From assembly GCA_038087875.1 (NCBI GenBank), contig JAXLNO010000259.1, positions 186,001-250,000 of the forward strand: a stretch of 64,000 nt of DNA. The letters run 5' to 3'. The notes under the pieces are model-generated. The model did no database searches, was not told where the DNA came from, and saw only the letters and a list, made by a program, of their open reading frames with translations. The translations under genes and the position numbers were made by a program. This stretch comes from Malacoraja senta. Taxonomy: Eukaryota. Below are positions 39,718-50,711 of the stretch, piece by piece (within the stretch, counting starts at the first letter, position 1; the number at the start of each line of letters is the position of its first letter).

Positions 39718-40119
39718 GCGTGGTTGAGTAACTGGTGCAGCGGGCAGGGATTCAAATTTCTGGATCATTGGGACATATTTTGGGGAAGGTGTGACCTGTA
39801 CAGAAATGACGGGTTGCACTTCAACCCGAGGGGGACCAATATCCTGGCGGGGAGATTGGCAAAGACTACTAGGGAGACTTTAAACTAGAACGGTTTGGGG
39901 GCGAGGGACTCAAATAGAGAAAGCTAGTAGAAAATGAGGGAGGCAGGAGGCAGAGAATGGAAGCACTCGGACCCAAAATGTAGGGGAGAAAGAAGAAAAA
40001 TATAATAAACAGAGAATAAGTGGTGGTGGGTTTTTTAAATGTGTATATTTTAATGCTAGGAACATTGTAAGAAAGGTGGATTAGCTTAGAGCCTGGATTT
40101 ACACCTGGAAGTATGATGT
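39690..40119 (+). mobile_element. CR1 (family B) copy 2, left part; continues at 54744-56055 and 58402-58442
   Basis: Near-identical to 9800-10222; breaks at gaagtatgatgt and resumes atgttttggcgatcagtg. Confidence 0.88.
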
Positions 40120-40370
40120 CTTTTCTGCGCCTGCGTCGCACTGAGAGGCAGCAAGTCCTTGTAGCTCCGAGTTTTTTTTAGTGTTTTAGTGTTTTAGTGT
40201 GTTTTGTTTAGTGTTTTGTTTAGTTTTTGTCAAGGACAAGGACAAGGACTTGGATACAAGTGGATACACGTCCTAGTAGCTCCGAGTTTTGTTTAGTGCT
40301 TTAGTGTGTTTTGTGCGTGGGTTGTTGTTGCTGTGTCGTCGCTGCGGACGGACGGAACTGAACAGTCAAA

Positions 40371-41051
40371 ATGCCACCAAAGAAGAACGACGAAATTGAG
40401 GATATAAAGTAGGCGCTTGATTTTCTGTCTGAGGAGATTGCTACTGTCTCTAAGCAGCAGAAAATGATAGTTAATTTGATGAGTGAAATTAAAGAACTGA
40501 AAAAACTAAATAAGGAGAAGGATAAGAGGATCGCCAGCCTAGAATGCCGTGTAACAGACCTGGAGCAGTGGACCCGCATGAATGACATTATTGTCAGCGG
40601 ACTGGAGACCAGGCCCCGTTCCTACGCCAGGGCGGTAACAGCAATGGCCGATGGGGAGCCCACCGCTCCAGACATGGACTCCGTGGAGCAACAGGTAACT
40701 GCTTTCTTTCATAGCAAAGGCATATCCAACACAGACATTGAAGCATGTCATCCTTTACCTTCAAAAAACCAAAGTGTCAAACCAGCCATAATAATTCGTT
40801 TTACGAAAAGAAAACACAAAAATGCATTGCTCAGACAAGGGAAAAAGTTCAAGGGATCTGATGTTTATGTGAATGAGCACCTTACAAAAAAATCAGATAT
40901 CGCCAGAAGCGCACGCATCCTAAGGAAGCAGAAACAAATCCAGTCAACCTGGACAACAAACTGTAAGGTGTTCATAAAGCTAAATGGGTCACCAGAGGAG
41001 GCTAAAGTGCTGACCATAAGATACATCGAGGAGCTGGACAAGTACCAGTGA
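40371..41051 (+). pseudogene. Crack-type ORF1p with one premature TAG (codon 14)
   Basis: MPPKKNDE...DLEQWTRMNDIIVSG...IEACHPL...VYVNEHLT...TWTTNCKVFIK. Confidence 0.8.
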
Positions 41052-41850
41052 CTCCAGAACAGTGACTCAGAATCAGTGTGATTGACTTGAACTATTATGA
41101 CCATGGACTCTTGTGAAGAGTTTGACTGTTTAAACTTGATAACAGCTGGAAATGAAAGGGACAATGATGACTGTGATGGTTGGAACTTTAAATCATTTAA
41201 ATTCACTGATCATAATATGCATGATTTTGAACAATATATTGACCCTGAAAATAATGTTCTTAACAATATAAACAATAACTGCTGTTATTACTCTGAATAT
41301 CAATTCAACATGAACATAAAATCAGATCATGGAATATCAATAATTCATTTCAATAGCAGAAGTTTATATGCAAATTTTCACAACATCAAGGATTACTTAA
41401 GTCATTTAAACCATTCAATGTGATAGCCATATCTGAGACCTGGCTTAGTACTAAAAAGGGTGTGGATTTGGAGTTTAATGGATTTGAACTGAATTACATA
41501 AATAGGAAAAATAAAAAAGGAGGAGGGTGGCTTTGTATGTAGATAAAATATTAAATTATAAAATAGTGGAAAATATGACAACTAATATTGATGATGTGAT
41601 GGAGATTATTACTGTAGAAATCTACCTAGAAAAAAAGAAAAATGTAATTATAAGTTGTGATACAGAGCACCTGGTTCCAATATTGAAATATTTAAGAATA
41701 GTATGGAAAGATTGTTTGCCAAGAAAGATCACAGAGTTGTGTTCATTTGTGGGGATTTTAATTTAGATCTCTTAAATCCCAACAAGCACGGAATCAAATA
41801 CACAGGACAAGATGTTAAGAAAGGGGGGGGTAACCTTCAGGACAGTTGGG

Positions 41851-41971
41851 CACAGGACACATCATCAGTAGTGTACCCTTGCATCACTGGGTGTTTCGGC
41901 CTTTTAACACTATACACCCTCCACAAGGGCGGCCCGCTGCAGGATGATCAACCCTCAGCGCATGTCCCGTG
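41851..41971 (-). ncRNA. Candidate non-circularly permuted hammerhead ribozyme, Hero unit 1
   Basis: GGGUGU-A-UAGUGU...GGCC-GAA-ACACCC...ACACUA-CUGAUGA with perfect 6-bp stems I and III; predicted cut after position 41913. Confidence 0.65.
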
Positions 41972-44900
41972 TCAAACCGTCCCAAAGACTCACCCGACAT
42001 ACTTGGGGCCCAGCATGGGTCTTTCCGCTTGAGCCAAATCCACCGGCTGCTTCTTTCAGCCGCCTCTGAGAGTGATCTTATGGTCTTCCGCAGAGCCTGA
42101 CCGTGGATTCCAAGCTCCTTCAGCAGTCTGATGGTAGATGACGCAACAAATCCTCTGCATCCCACTTCAACTGGATAGACTTTGGTGTTCCAGCCACGCT
42201 GCGTTGCCTCTGCTGCAAGCTCTGGGTAGCGCAGCTTCTTACGCTCATAGGCCTCCTCAACAGAGTTTTCCCATGGAACTGTGAGCTCTATGATGTAAGC
42301 AGTCTTCTGTGAAGGGGACCAGAACACCAAGTCTGGCCTGAGGTTGGTGGAAGCAATTTCAGGTGGAAAAATTAGTTGTCGGCCGATGTCCGCCAGCATC
42401 CTCCAGTCACGGGCCCTGCATTGGCTTCCTTCTTCTGATCTGGTGGAAGGAAGTTTAGAAGTGTTCTGTCCTTCTCGGACAAAGGTTGTTAACCTTAGGG
42501 GAGGGGGGTTGCTTGCTCTCGGAGGCAAGGAGTTGGTCGCACACCGCCTGTTTTCAAGAGCTGATGCCAGGCTTTTTAGTACCTGATTATGCCGCCACGT
42601 GTATCTCCCTTGCGTGAGGCTGGTCTTGCAGCCTACCATGATGTGTTTGAGGGTCGCTGGAGTTGGGCAGATGGCACAGGTTGGATCCTCGCCGTACCAC
42701 TGATGGAGCTTCTTTGGTGATGGAAGCACGTCATATGTCGCTCTGATGATGAAGCTGATCTTGCTTGCTTCCATTTCCCATAGTTCTTTCCAGCTGATCT
42801 TCCTCCGCTCCACACCTTCCCACTGCATCCATTGCCCCTGCTTGGCAAGAGAGACCGCCTTTGCACTTCTTGCGGCCTCCTCCTGTCGCCGCACCTCCTC
42901 AACCACCAACGTCCTCCGCTCTGATGTTGTGGCCTTTCGCCAAGTTGGATTACTTGTCGTAAGGCCAAAGCCTCCTCTTCCCTGCTGGACTTGCCCCACT
43001 ATGTCTTTGTGCCTCAGGGCTGATGAAGCTTGCTGTACTGCATCAGATGGTGTCCACTTCCGGCCAGTTGCTAGGGGCGGCGCAACAGCATTGATGATCT
43101 TGTCTCTAGAGTCCCTCAGTGTCATCTGGAGTCTTACTTTAGAACACTTATATTCCTCTGTTAGACTAGTGAGAGGTAGTTCCAGGACCCCTTTGCCATA
43201 GAGGCCGATGTTAGTTAGACATCGTGGGACACCGAGCCATTTCTTCACGTATGAAGTTATGGTTCGCTCTATCTTCTCCACAGTTGGTATTGGGGCTTCA
43301 TAAACGGTCAGTGGCCACATTGTCCGAGGAAGGAGGCCAAACTCTAGGCACCAGAGCTTCAGTTTCCCAGGCCGTAGGGTCTGATTGATGTTCTCCAGTC
43401 CATTGACAATTTCTTGCCTTAGTTGTTGCACCTGCTCTTTGTCCTTGAGACTTGCGTTATACCATCTTCCCAGGCTTTTAACTGGCTGCTCAGACACTGT
43501 TGGTACTGGGTCGTCACCGATACAGAACCTTGTGTCTCTAAGCACCCCCTTGACTATGGAGATGCTTCGAGATTTACTTGGTTTGATTTTCATTCGGGCC
43601 CACTTGATGTTCTCCTGCAGCTTTCCAAGTAGCCGCTTGGTGCATGCTGCAGTAGTGGTTAGTGTTGTCATGTCGTCCATGTATGCCCTGATGGGTGGCA
43701 GACGGAGCCCAGCCCTGGTTCGTTCACCGCCCACCACGCATTTTGAGGCCCTGATGATGACTTCCATGGCCATTGTAAAGGCCAAGGGTGAGACTGTGCA
43801 GCCTGCCATGATGCCTACTTCCAAGCGCTGCCATGTTGTACTGAAGTCAGCTGTTGTGAAGCACAGCTGCAGGTCTTGATCATATTTCTTGACCAGTGTG
43901 GTGATGAGCTCTCGTACATGGAAAAAGGCAAAAGATTCCCAAAGGAGTTCATGGGGAACTGAACCAAATGCATTGGCCAGATCGAGGAAGATCACATGTA
44001 GGTCTCTCTTGTCCTTCATAGGAAAAGGATTTGAGTATAGGAGCAGGGAGGTTCTACTGCAGTTGTACAGGGTCTTGGTGAGACCACACCTGGAGTATTG
44101 CGTACAGTTTTGGTCTCCAAATCTGAGGAAGGACATTATTGCCATGGAGGGAGTGCTGAGAAGGTTCACCAGACTGATTCCTGGGATGTCAGGACTGTCT
44201 TATGAAGAAAGACTGGATAGACTTGGTTTATACTCTCTAGAATTTAGGAGATTGAGAGGGGATCTTATAGAAACTTACAAAATTCTTAAGGGGTTGGACA
44301 GGCTAGATGCAGGAAGATTGCTCCCGATGTTGGGGAAGTCCAGGACAAGGGGTCACAGCTTAAGGATAAGGGGGAAATCCTTTAAAACCGAGATGAGAAG
44401 AACTTTTTTCACACAGAGAGTGGTGAATCTCTGGAACTCTCTGCCACAGAGGGTAGTCGAGGCCAGTTCATTGGCTATATTTAAGAGGGAGCTAGATGTG
44501 GCCCTTGTGGCTAAATGGATCAGAGGGTATGGAGAGAAGGCAGGTACGGGATACTGAGTTGGATGATCAGCCATGATCATATTGAATGGCGGTGCAGGCT
44601 CGAAGGGCCGAATGGCCTACTCCTGCACCTAATTTCTATGTTTCTATGTTTCTATGTATGCTCCAAGCAGCCCGAAAATCATGGAATTCCTGCTTTCTGT
44701 ACAGATGTATCAATGTACTTGTTTGTTACCAGATAGGTGGACAGCCTTTGTGATACAATGCTAAAAAAGATTTTTCACTCGACGTTGAGGGGACATATTG
44801 ACCGGAATTGGCTGATGTCTGACGCATCCTTTTCTTTAGGTATTAGCACGCCGCCGGCCCTTCGCCACGCCTTAGGTATTGTTTGCTTCTTCCACACCAC

Positions 44901-46136
44901 CCTCATGAGCTTCCATAGAAAGCGTAGCACATCCGGTGCATTCTTATAGAGCTTGTATGGTACTCCGTTTGGCCCCGGAGTTGATGAAGCTCTTGCTCGC
45001 CGGACCGTGTTCTCCACCTCTTTCCATCTCGGAGGGCTGGTGTCCATGTTGAATTCAGGTGGTTGAATAGGCGGGATGCCATGTGGGATGACTAACTGCT
45101 CATGCCTTTTCGTGTCTTTGTGGGCCTTTTCCAGGTGTTCCTCCAATTCCTGTTTTGATGTTTTCAAAGTTCCACCTTTTTCCTTTGCGAAGAGGTCTTT
45201 GATAAACTTGAAAGGGTTTTTATAGAACCGTGTTCTTGTGTGTTCTTTCTTCTTGCGAAGTTTCCTCAAGTTCTCTGCTTTTCGCAAGGTTGCCAATCGG
45301 TTCTTGATGTCCTCTTGGAGTAGCATGAGACCTTCTCTCTCTGCGTCAGTTGCATTTTTCCATTGCTTTTTCAACTGTCTCCTCTCTCTGATTAGCCTCT
45401 CGATCTCCTGCTGCCTCCTGGACTTGATTGGTGTTGGTAATTTCTTTCCACCTCTCCCTTTACTCACCCCAAACCGTTCTTCTCCATAGCTGTAGATTGT
45501 GTTGCCCAGCCTTTCAAGCTTTCCCACTGCTGTGCCCGGTTGTTGCTCCAAGATATGTATAAGGTCACTGTTGACCGTCTCCCACTCTTTCTTTTCAACA
45601 GCCTTGGGCCATTTCACTCCAGGTTTATGCCCTTTGATCTTTCCCTCCAATGGAGGTCTTTGTAGTTGTTGCGTGGGCTCCTCCACCGGCATTTCTGTGC
45701 TTGTATCACCCTCTTCAGTGACATGGGTGCTGATGCTCTGCGAACTTTGGTTTGTGTCCCGTCGCTGTGCTTCACTCGACTGATTTGACTGGTTGCTTCG
45801 TAAGAAGTTCTGGTCAATGCGAGGCCCATGTTTCTGCTCTCTCAAGCACTTTTTCTTCCCTTGGTGGATCTTCAAGACCTTCACTGATGTTAATTTCTCC
45901 CAACCACAGATGCACACCTGAAGTTTGTGTCCCGCAGCTGTTGTGGATGTCTCATGTGCCATGCTCTCCTTGTCAGTAGTCGTTTCCGTTCCTGGGTCTG
46001 TAACCGTGTTATCAATCGGTGAGCCATCTTCCGCCCCCGCTCTCGTAGGCTCTAGGGGTATTCAATTTATTTTACTTTTAGTAGCATTTAGCGGGTGTCT
46101 CAAACTAGCTGAAACAGCGTTGGGGACTGCTGTCAT
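41884..46136 (-). pseudogene. Hero ORF copy 1, with CR1 insertion and stops
   Basis: ORF pieces 44775-45962 and 41884-44017. Confidence 0.88.
44018..44657 (+). mobile_element. CR1 3' fragment inserted antisense into Hero unit 1
   Basis: Open CR1 C-terminus ([10 protein letters not shown]...VVNLWNSLP); (ttctatgt)n tail; 32 bp of target deleted relative to unit 2. Confidence 0.92.
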
Positions 46137-46401
46137 GGGTAGCTAGCCCCTGACGGCCCCAGTGGGGTCTGTTCCCTCCTGTCAGCTGTCTCTCCAAGCT
46201 GTCACATGGACTTTCCCATGTTGTCAGCTGTCCTTTCACAGCAGTCACTGGACGAGTCCAGATTATCAGAATCAAATACACAGGACAAGATGTTAAGAAG
46301 TCCCTTGTGCCAATAGGTGGGGAGCATTTCACGACATTCGTTGATTGTTGAGAGTGGTAGACGCTCAACATCGGGGGGGGGTAACCTTCAGGACAGTTGG
46401 G

Positions 46402-46522
46402 CACAGGACACATCATCAGTAGTGTACCCTTGCATCACTGGGTGTTTCGGCCTTTTAACACTATACACCCTCCACAAGGGCGGCCCGCTGCAGGATGATC
46501 AACCCTCAGCGCATGTCCCGTG
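46402..46522 (-). ncRNA. Candidate permuted hammerhead, Hero unit 2
   Basis: Same motif as unit 1; predicted cut after 46464. Confidence 0.65.
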
Positions 46523-49500
46523 TCAAACCGTCCCAAAGACTCACCCGACATACTTGGGGCCCAGCATGGGTCTTTCCGCTTGAGCCAAATCCACCGGCTG
46601 CTTCTTTCAGCCGCCTCTGAGAGTGATCTTATGGTCTTCCGCAGAGCCTGACCGTGGATTCCAAGCTCCTTCAGCAGTCTGATGGTAGATGACGCAACAA
46701 ATCCTCTGCATCCCACTTCAACTGGATATACTTTGGTGTTCCAGCCACGCTGCGTTGCCTCTGCTGCAAGCTCTGGGTAGCGCAGCTTCTTACGCTCATA
46801 GGCCTCCTCAACAGAGTTCTCCCATGGAACTGTGAGCTCTATGATGCAAGCAGTCTTCTGTGAAGGGGACCAGAACACCAAGTCTGGCCTGAGGTTGGTG
46901 GAAGCAATTTCAGGTGGAAAAATTAGTTGTCGGCCGATGTCCGCCAGCATCCTCCAGTCACGGGCCCTGCAGTGGCTTCCTTCTTCTGATCTGGTGGAAG
47001 GAAGATTAGAAGTTTTCTGTCCTTCTCGGACAAAGGTTGTTAACCTTAGGGGAGGGGGGTTGCTTGCTCTCGGAGGCAAGGAGTTGGTCGCACACCTCCT
47101 GTTCTCAAGGGCTGATGCCAGGCTTTTTAGTACCTGATTATGCCGCCACGTGTATCTCCCTTGCGTGAGGCTGGTCTTGCAGCTTACCATGATGTGTTTG
47201 AGGGTCGCTGGAGTTGGGCAGATGGCACAGGTTGGATCCTCGCCGTACCACTGATGGAGGTTCTTTGGTGATGGAAGCACGTCATATGTCGCTCTGATGA
47301 TGAAGCTGATCTTGCTTGCTTCCATTTCCCATAGTTCTTTCCAGCTGATCTTCCTCCGCTCCACACCTTCCCACTGCATCCAATGCCCCTGCTTGGCAAG
47401 AGAGGCCGCCTTTGCACTTCTTGCGGCCTCCTCCTGTCGCCGCACCTCCTCAACCACCAACGTCCTCCGCTCTGATGTTGTGGCCTTTCGCCAGGTTGGT
47501 TTACTTGTCGTAAGGCCAAAGCCTCCTCTTCCCAGCTGGACTTGCCCCACTATGTATTTGTGCCTCAGGGCTGATGAAGCTTGCTGTACTGCATCAGATG
47601 GTGTCCACTTCCGGCCAGTTGCTAGGGGCGGCGCAACAGCACTGATGATCTTGTCTCTAGAGTCCCTCAGTGTCATCTGGAGTCTTACTTTAGAACACTT
47701 ATATTCCTCTGTTAGACTAGTGAGAGGTTGTTCCAGGACCCCTTTGCCATAGAGGCCGATGTTAGTTAGACATCGTGGGACACCGAGCCATTTCTTCACG
47801 TCTGAAGTTATGGTTCGGAGGGGAGAGTGGACGCTGGCGCGGGTTCGTTGCCGCTGCTCTCTCCTCAAATTGTGTTTCTGATTTTCTTTTTTGTGTTTTT
47901 GGAAGGAATTCTGTCCCTGATTTGTGTATTGGTCTTTATAACTTATTTTTTTTTTAATTCTGATTATATGTTTCCTATAAATCTCTGTAAGGTGTCCTTG
48001 AGACCTCGGTATAAGGCGCCCGTAAATAAAATTCATTATTATTATTATCTTCTCCACAGTTGGTATTGGGGCTTCATAAACGGTCAGTGGCCACATTGTC
48101 CGAGGAAGGAGTCCAAACTGTAGGCACCAGAGCTTCAGTTTCCCAGGCAGTAGGGTCTGATTGATGTTCTCCAGTCCATTGACAATTTCTTGCCTTAGTT
48201 GTTGCACCTGCTCTTTGTCCTTGAGACTTGCGTTATACCATCTTCCCAGGCTTTTAACTGGCTGCTCAGACACCGTTGGTATTGGGTCGTCACCGATACA
48301 GAACCTTGTGTTTCTAAGCACCCCCTTGACTATGGTGATGCTTCGAGATTTACTTGGTTTGATTTTCATTCGGGCCCACTTGATGTTCTCCTGCAGCTTT
48401 CCAAGTAGCCGCTTGGTGCATGCTGCAGTAGTGGTTAGTGTTGTCATGTCGTCCATGTATGCCCTGATGGGTGGCAGACGGAGCCCAGCCCTGGTTCGTT
48501 CACCGCCCACCACCCATTTTGAGGCCCTGATGATGACTTCCATGGCCATTGTATAGGCCAAGGGTGAGACTGTGCAGCCTGCCATGATGCCTACTTCTAA
48601 GCGCTGCCATGTTGTACTGAAGTCAGCTGTTGTGAAGCACAGCTGCAGGTCTTGATAATATTTCTTGACCAGTGTGGTGATGAGCTCTGGTACATGGAAG
48701 AAGGCAAATGATTCCCAAAGCAGTTCATGGGGAACTTAACCAAATGCATTGGCCAGATCGAGGAAGATCACATGTTGGTCTCTCTTGTCCTTCTTAGCTG
48801 CTTGGATCTGGTGCCAGATCATGCTTGTATGCTCCAAGCAGCCCGAAAATCCTGGAATTCCTGCTTTCTGTACAGATGTATCAATGTACTTGTTTGTTAC
48901 CAGATAGGTGGACAGCCTTTGTGATACAATGCTAAAAAAGATTTTTCCCTCGACGTTGAGGAGACATATTGGCCGGAATTGGCTGATGTCTGACGCATCC
49001 TTTTCTTTAGGTATTAGCACGCCGCCGGCCCTTCGCCACGCCTTAGGTATTGTTTGCTTCTTCCCCACCACCCTCATGAGCTTCCATAGAAAGCGTAGCA
49101 CATCCGGTGTATTCTTATAGAGCTTGTATGGTACTCCGTTTGGCCCCGGAGCTGATGCTGCTCTTGCTCGCCGGACCGTGTTCTCCACCTCTTTCCATCT
49201 CGGAAGGCTGGTGTCCATGTTGAATTCAGGTGGTTGAATAGGCGGGATGTCATGTGGGATGACTGACTGCTCATGCCTTTTCGTGTCTTTGTGGGCCTTT
49301 TCCAGGTGTTCCTCCCATTCCTTATTTGATGTTTTCAAAGTTCCACTTTTTTCCTTTGGGAAGAGGTCTTTGATGAACTTGAAAGGGTTTTTATAGAACC
49401 GTGTTCTTGTGTGTTCTTTCTTCTTGCGAAGTTTCCTCAAGTTCTCTGCTTTTCGCAAGGTTGCCAATCGGTTCTTGATGTCCTCTTGGAGTAGCATGAG

Positions 49501-50306
49501 ACCTTCTCTCTCTGCGTCAGTTGCTTTTTTCCATTGCTTTTTCAACTGTCTCCTCTCTCTGATTAGCCTCTCGATCTCCTGCTGCCTCCTGGACTTGATT
49601 GGTGTTGGTAATTTCTTTCCACCTCTCCCTTTACTCACCCCAAACCGTTTTTCTCCATAGCTGTAGATTGTGTTGCCCATCCTTTCAAGCTTTCCCACTG
49701 CTGTGCCCGCTTGTTGCTCCAAGATATGTATAAGGTCACTGTTGACCGTCTCCCACTCTTTCTTTTCAACAGCCTTGGGCCATTTCACTCCAGGTTTGTG
49801 CCCTTTGATCTTTCCCTCCAATGGAGGTCTTTGTAGTTGTTGCGTGGGCTCCTCCACCGGCATTTCTGTGCTTGTATCACCCGCTTCAGTGACATGGGTG
49901 CTGATGCTTGCGAACTTTGGTTTGTGTCCCGTCGCTGTGCTTCACTCGACTGATTTGACTGGTTGCTTCGTAAGAAGTACTGGTCAATGCGAGGCCCATG
50001 TGTCTGCTCTCTCAAGCACTTTTTCTTCCCTTGGTGGATCTTCAAGCCCTTCACTGATGTTAATTTCTCCCAACCACAGATGCACACCTGAAGTTTGTGT
50101 CCCGCAGCTGTTGTGGATGTCTCATGTGCCATGCTCTCCTTGTCAGTAGTCGTTTCCGTTCCTGGGTCTGGAACCGTGTTATCAATCGGTGAGCCATCTT
50201 CCGCCCCCGCTCTCGCAGGCTCTAGGGGTATTCTCTTTATTTTACTTTTAGTAGCATTTAGCGGGTGTCTCCAACTAGCTGAAACAGCGTTGGGGACAGC
50301 TGTCAT
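46435..50306 (-). pseudogene. Hero ORF copy 2: frameshift near 49905, stop near 48736, in-frame 75-codon insertion
   Basis: ORFs 49785-50306, 48736-49863 and 46435-48585. Confidence 0.9.
47818..48046 (+). mobile_element. Family Y short element inserted in Hero unit 2
   Basis: Homologous to 21456-21721; (att)n tail; replaces 4 bp (ctct) of target. Confidence 0.88.
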
Positions 50307-50572
50307 GGGTAGCTAGCCCATGACGGCCCCAGTGCGGTCTGTTTCCTCCTGTCAGCTGTCTCTCCAAGCTGTCACATGAACTTTCCCATGTTGTCAGCTG
50401 TCCTTTCACAGCAGTCACTGGACGAGTCCAGATTATCAGAATCAAATACACAGGACAAGATGTTAAGAAGTCCCTTGTGCCAATAGGTGGGGAGCATTTC
50501 ACGACATTCGTTGATTGTTGAGAGTGGTAGACGCTCAACGTCGGGGGGGGGGTAAACTTCAGGACAGTTGGG

Positions 50573-50693
50573 CACAGGACACATCATCAGTAGTGTACCC
50601 TTGCATCACTGGGTGTTTCGGCCTTTTAACACTATACACCCTCCACAAGGGCGTCCCGCTGCAGGATGATCAACCCTCAGCGCATGTCCCGTG
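50573..50693 (-). ncRNA. Candidate permuted hammerhead, Hero unit 3
   Basis: Same core; upstream GGCC reads GGAC; predicted cut after 50635. Confidence 0.6.
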
Positions 50694-50711
50694 TCAAACC
50701 GTCCCAAAGAT

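Noticed and set aside
41884..44169. 761-aa ORF as a novel fusion protein
   Set aside because: Its first ~50 aa are the antisense of the inserted CR1 fragment, so it is a chance in-frame chimera with Hero
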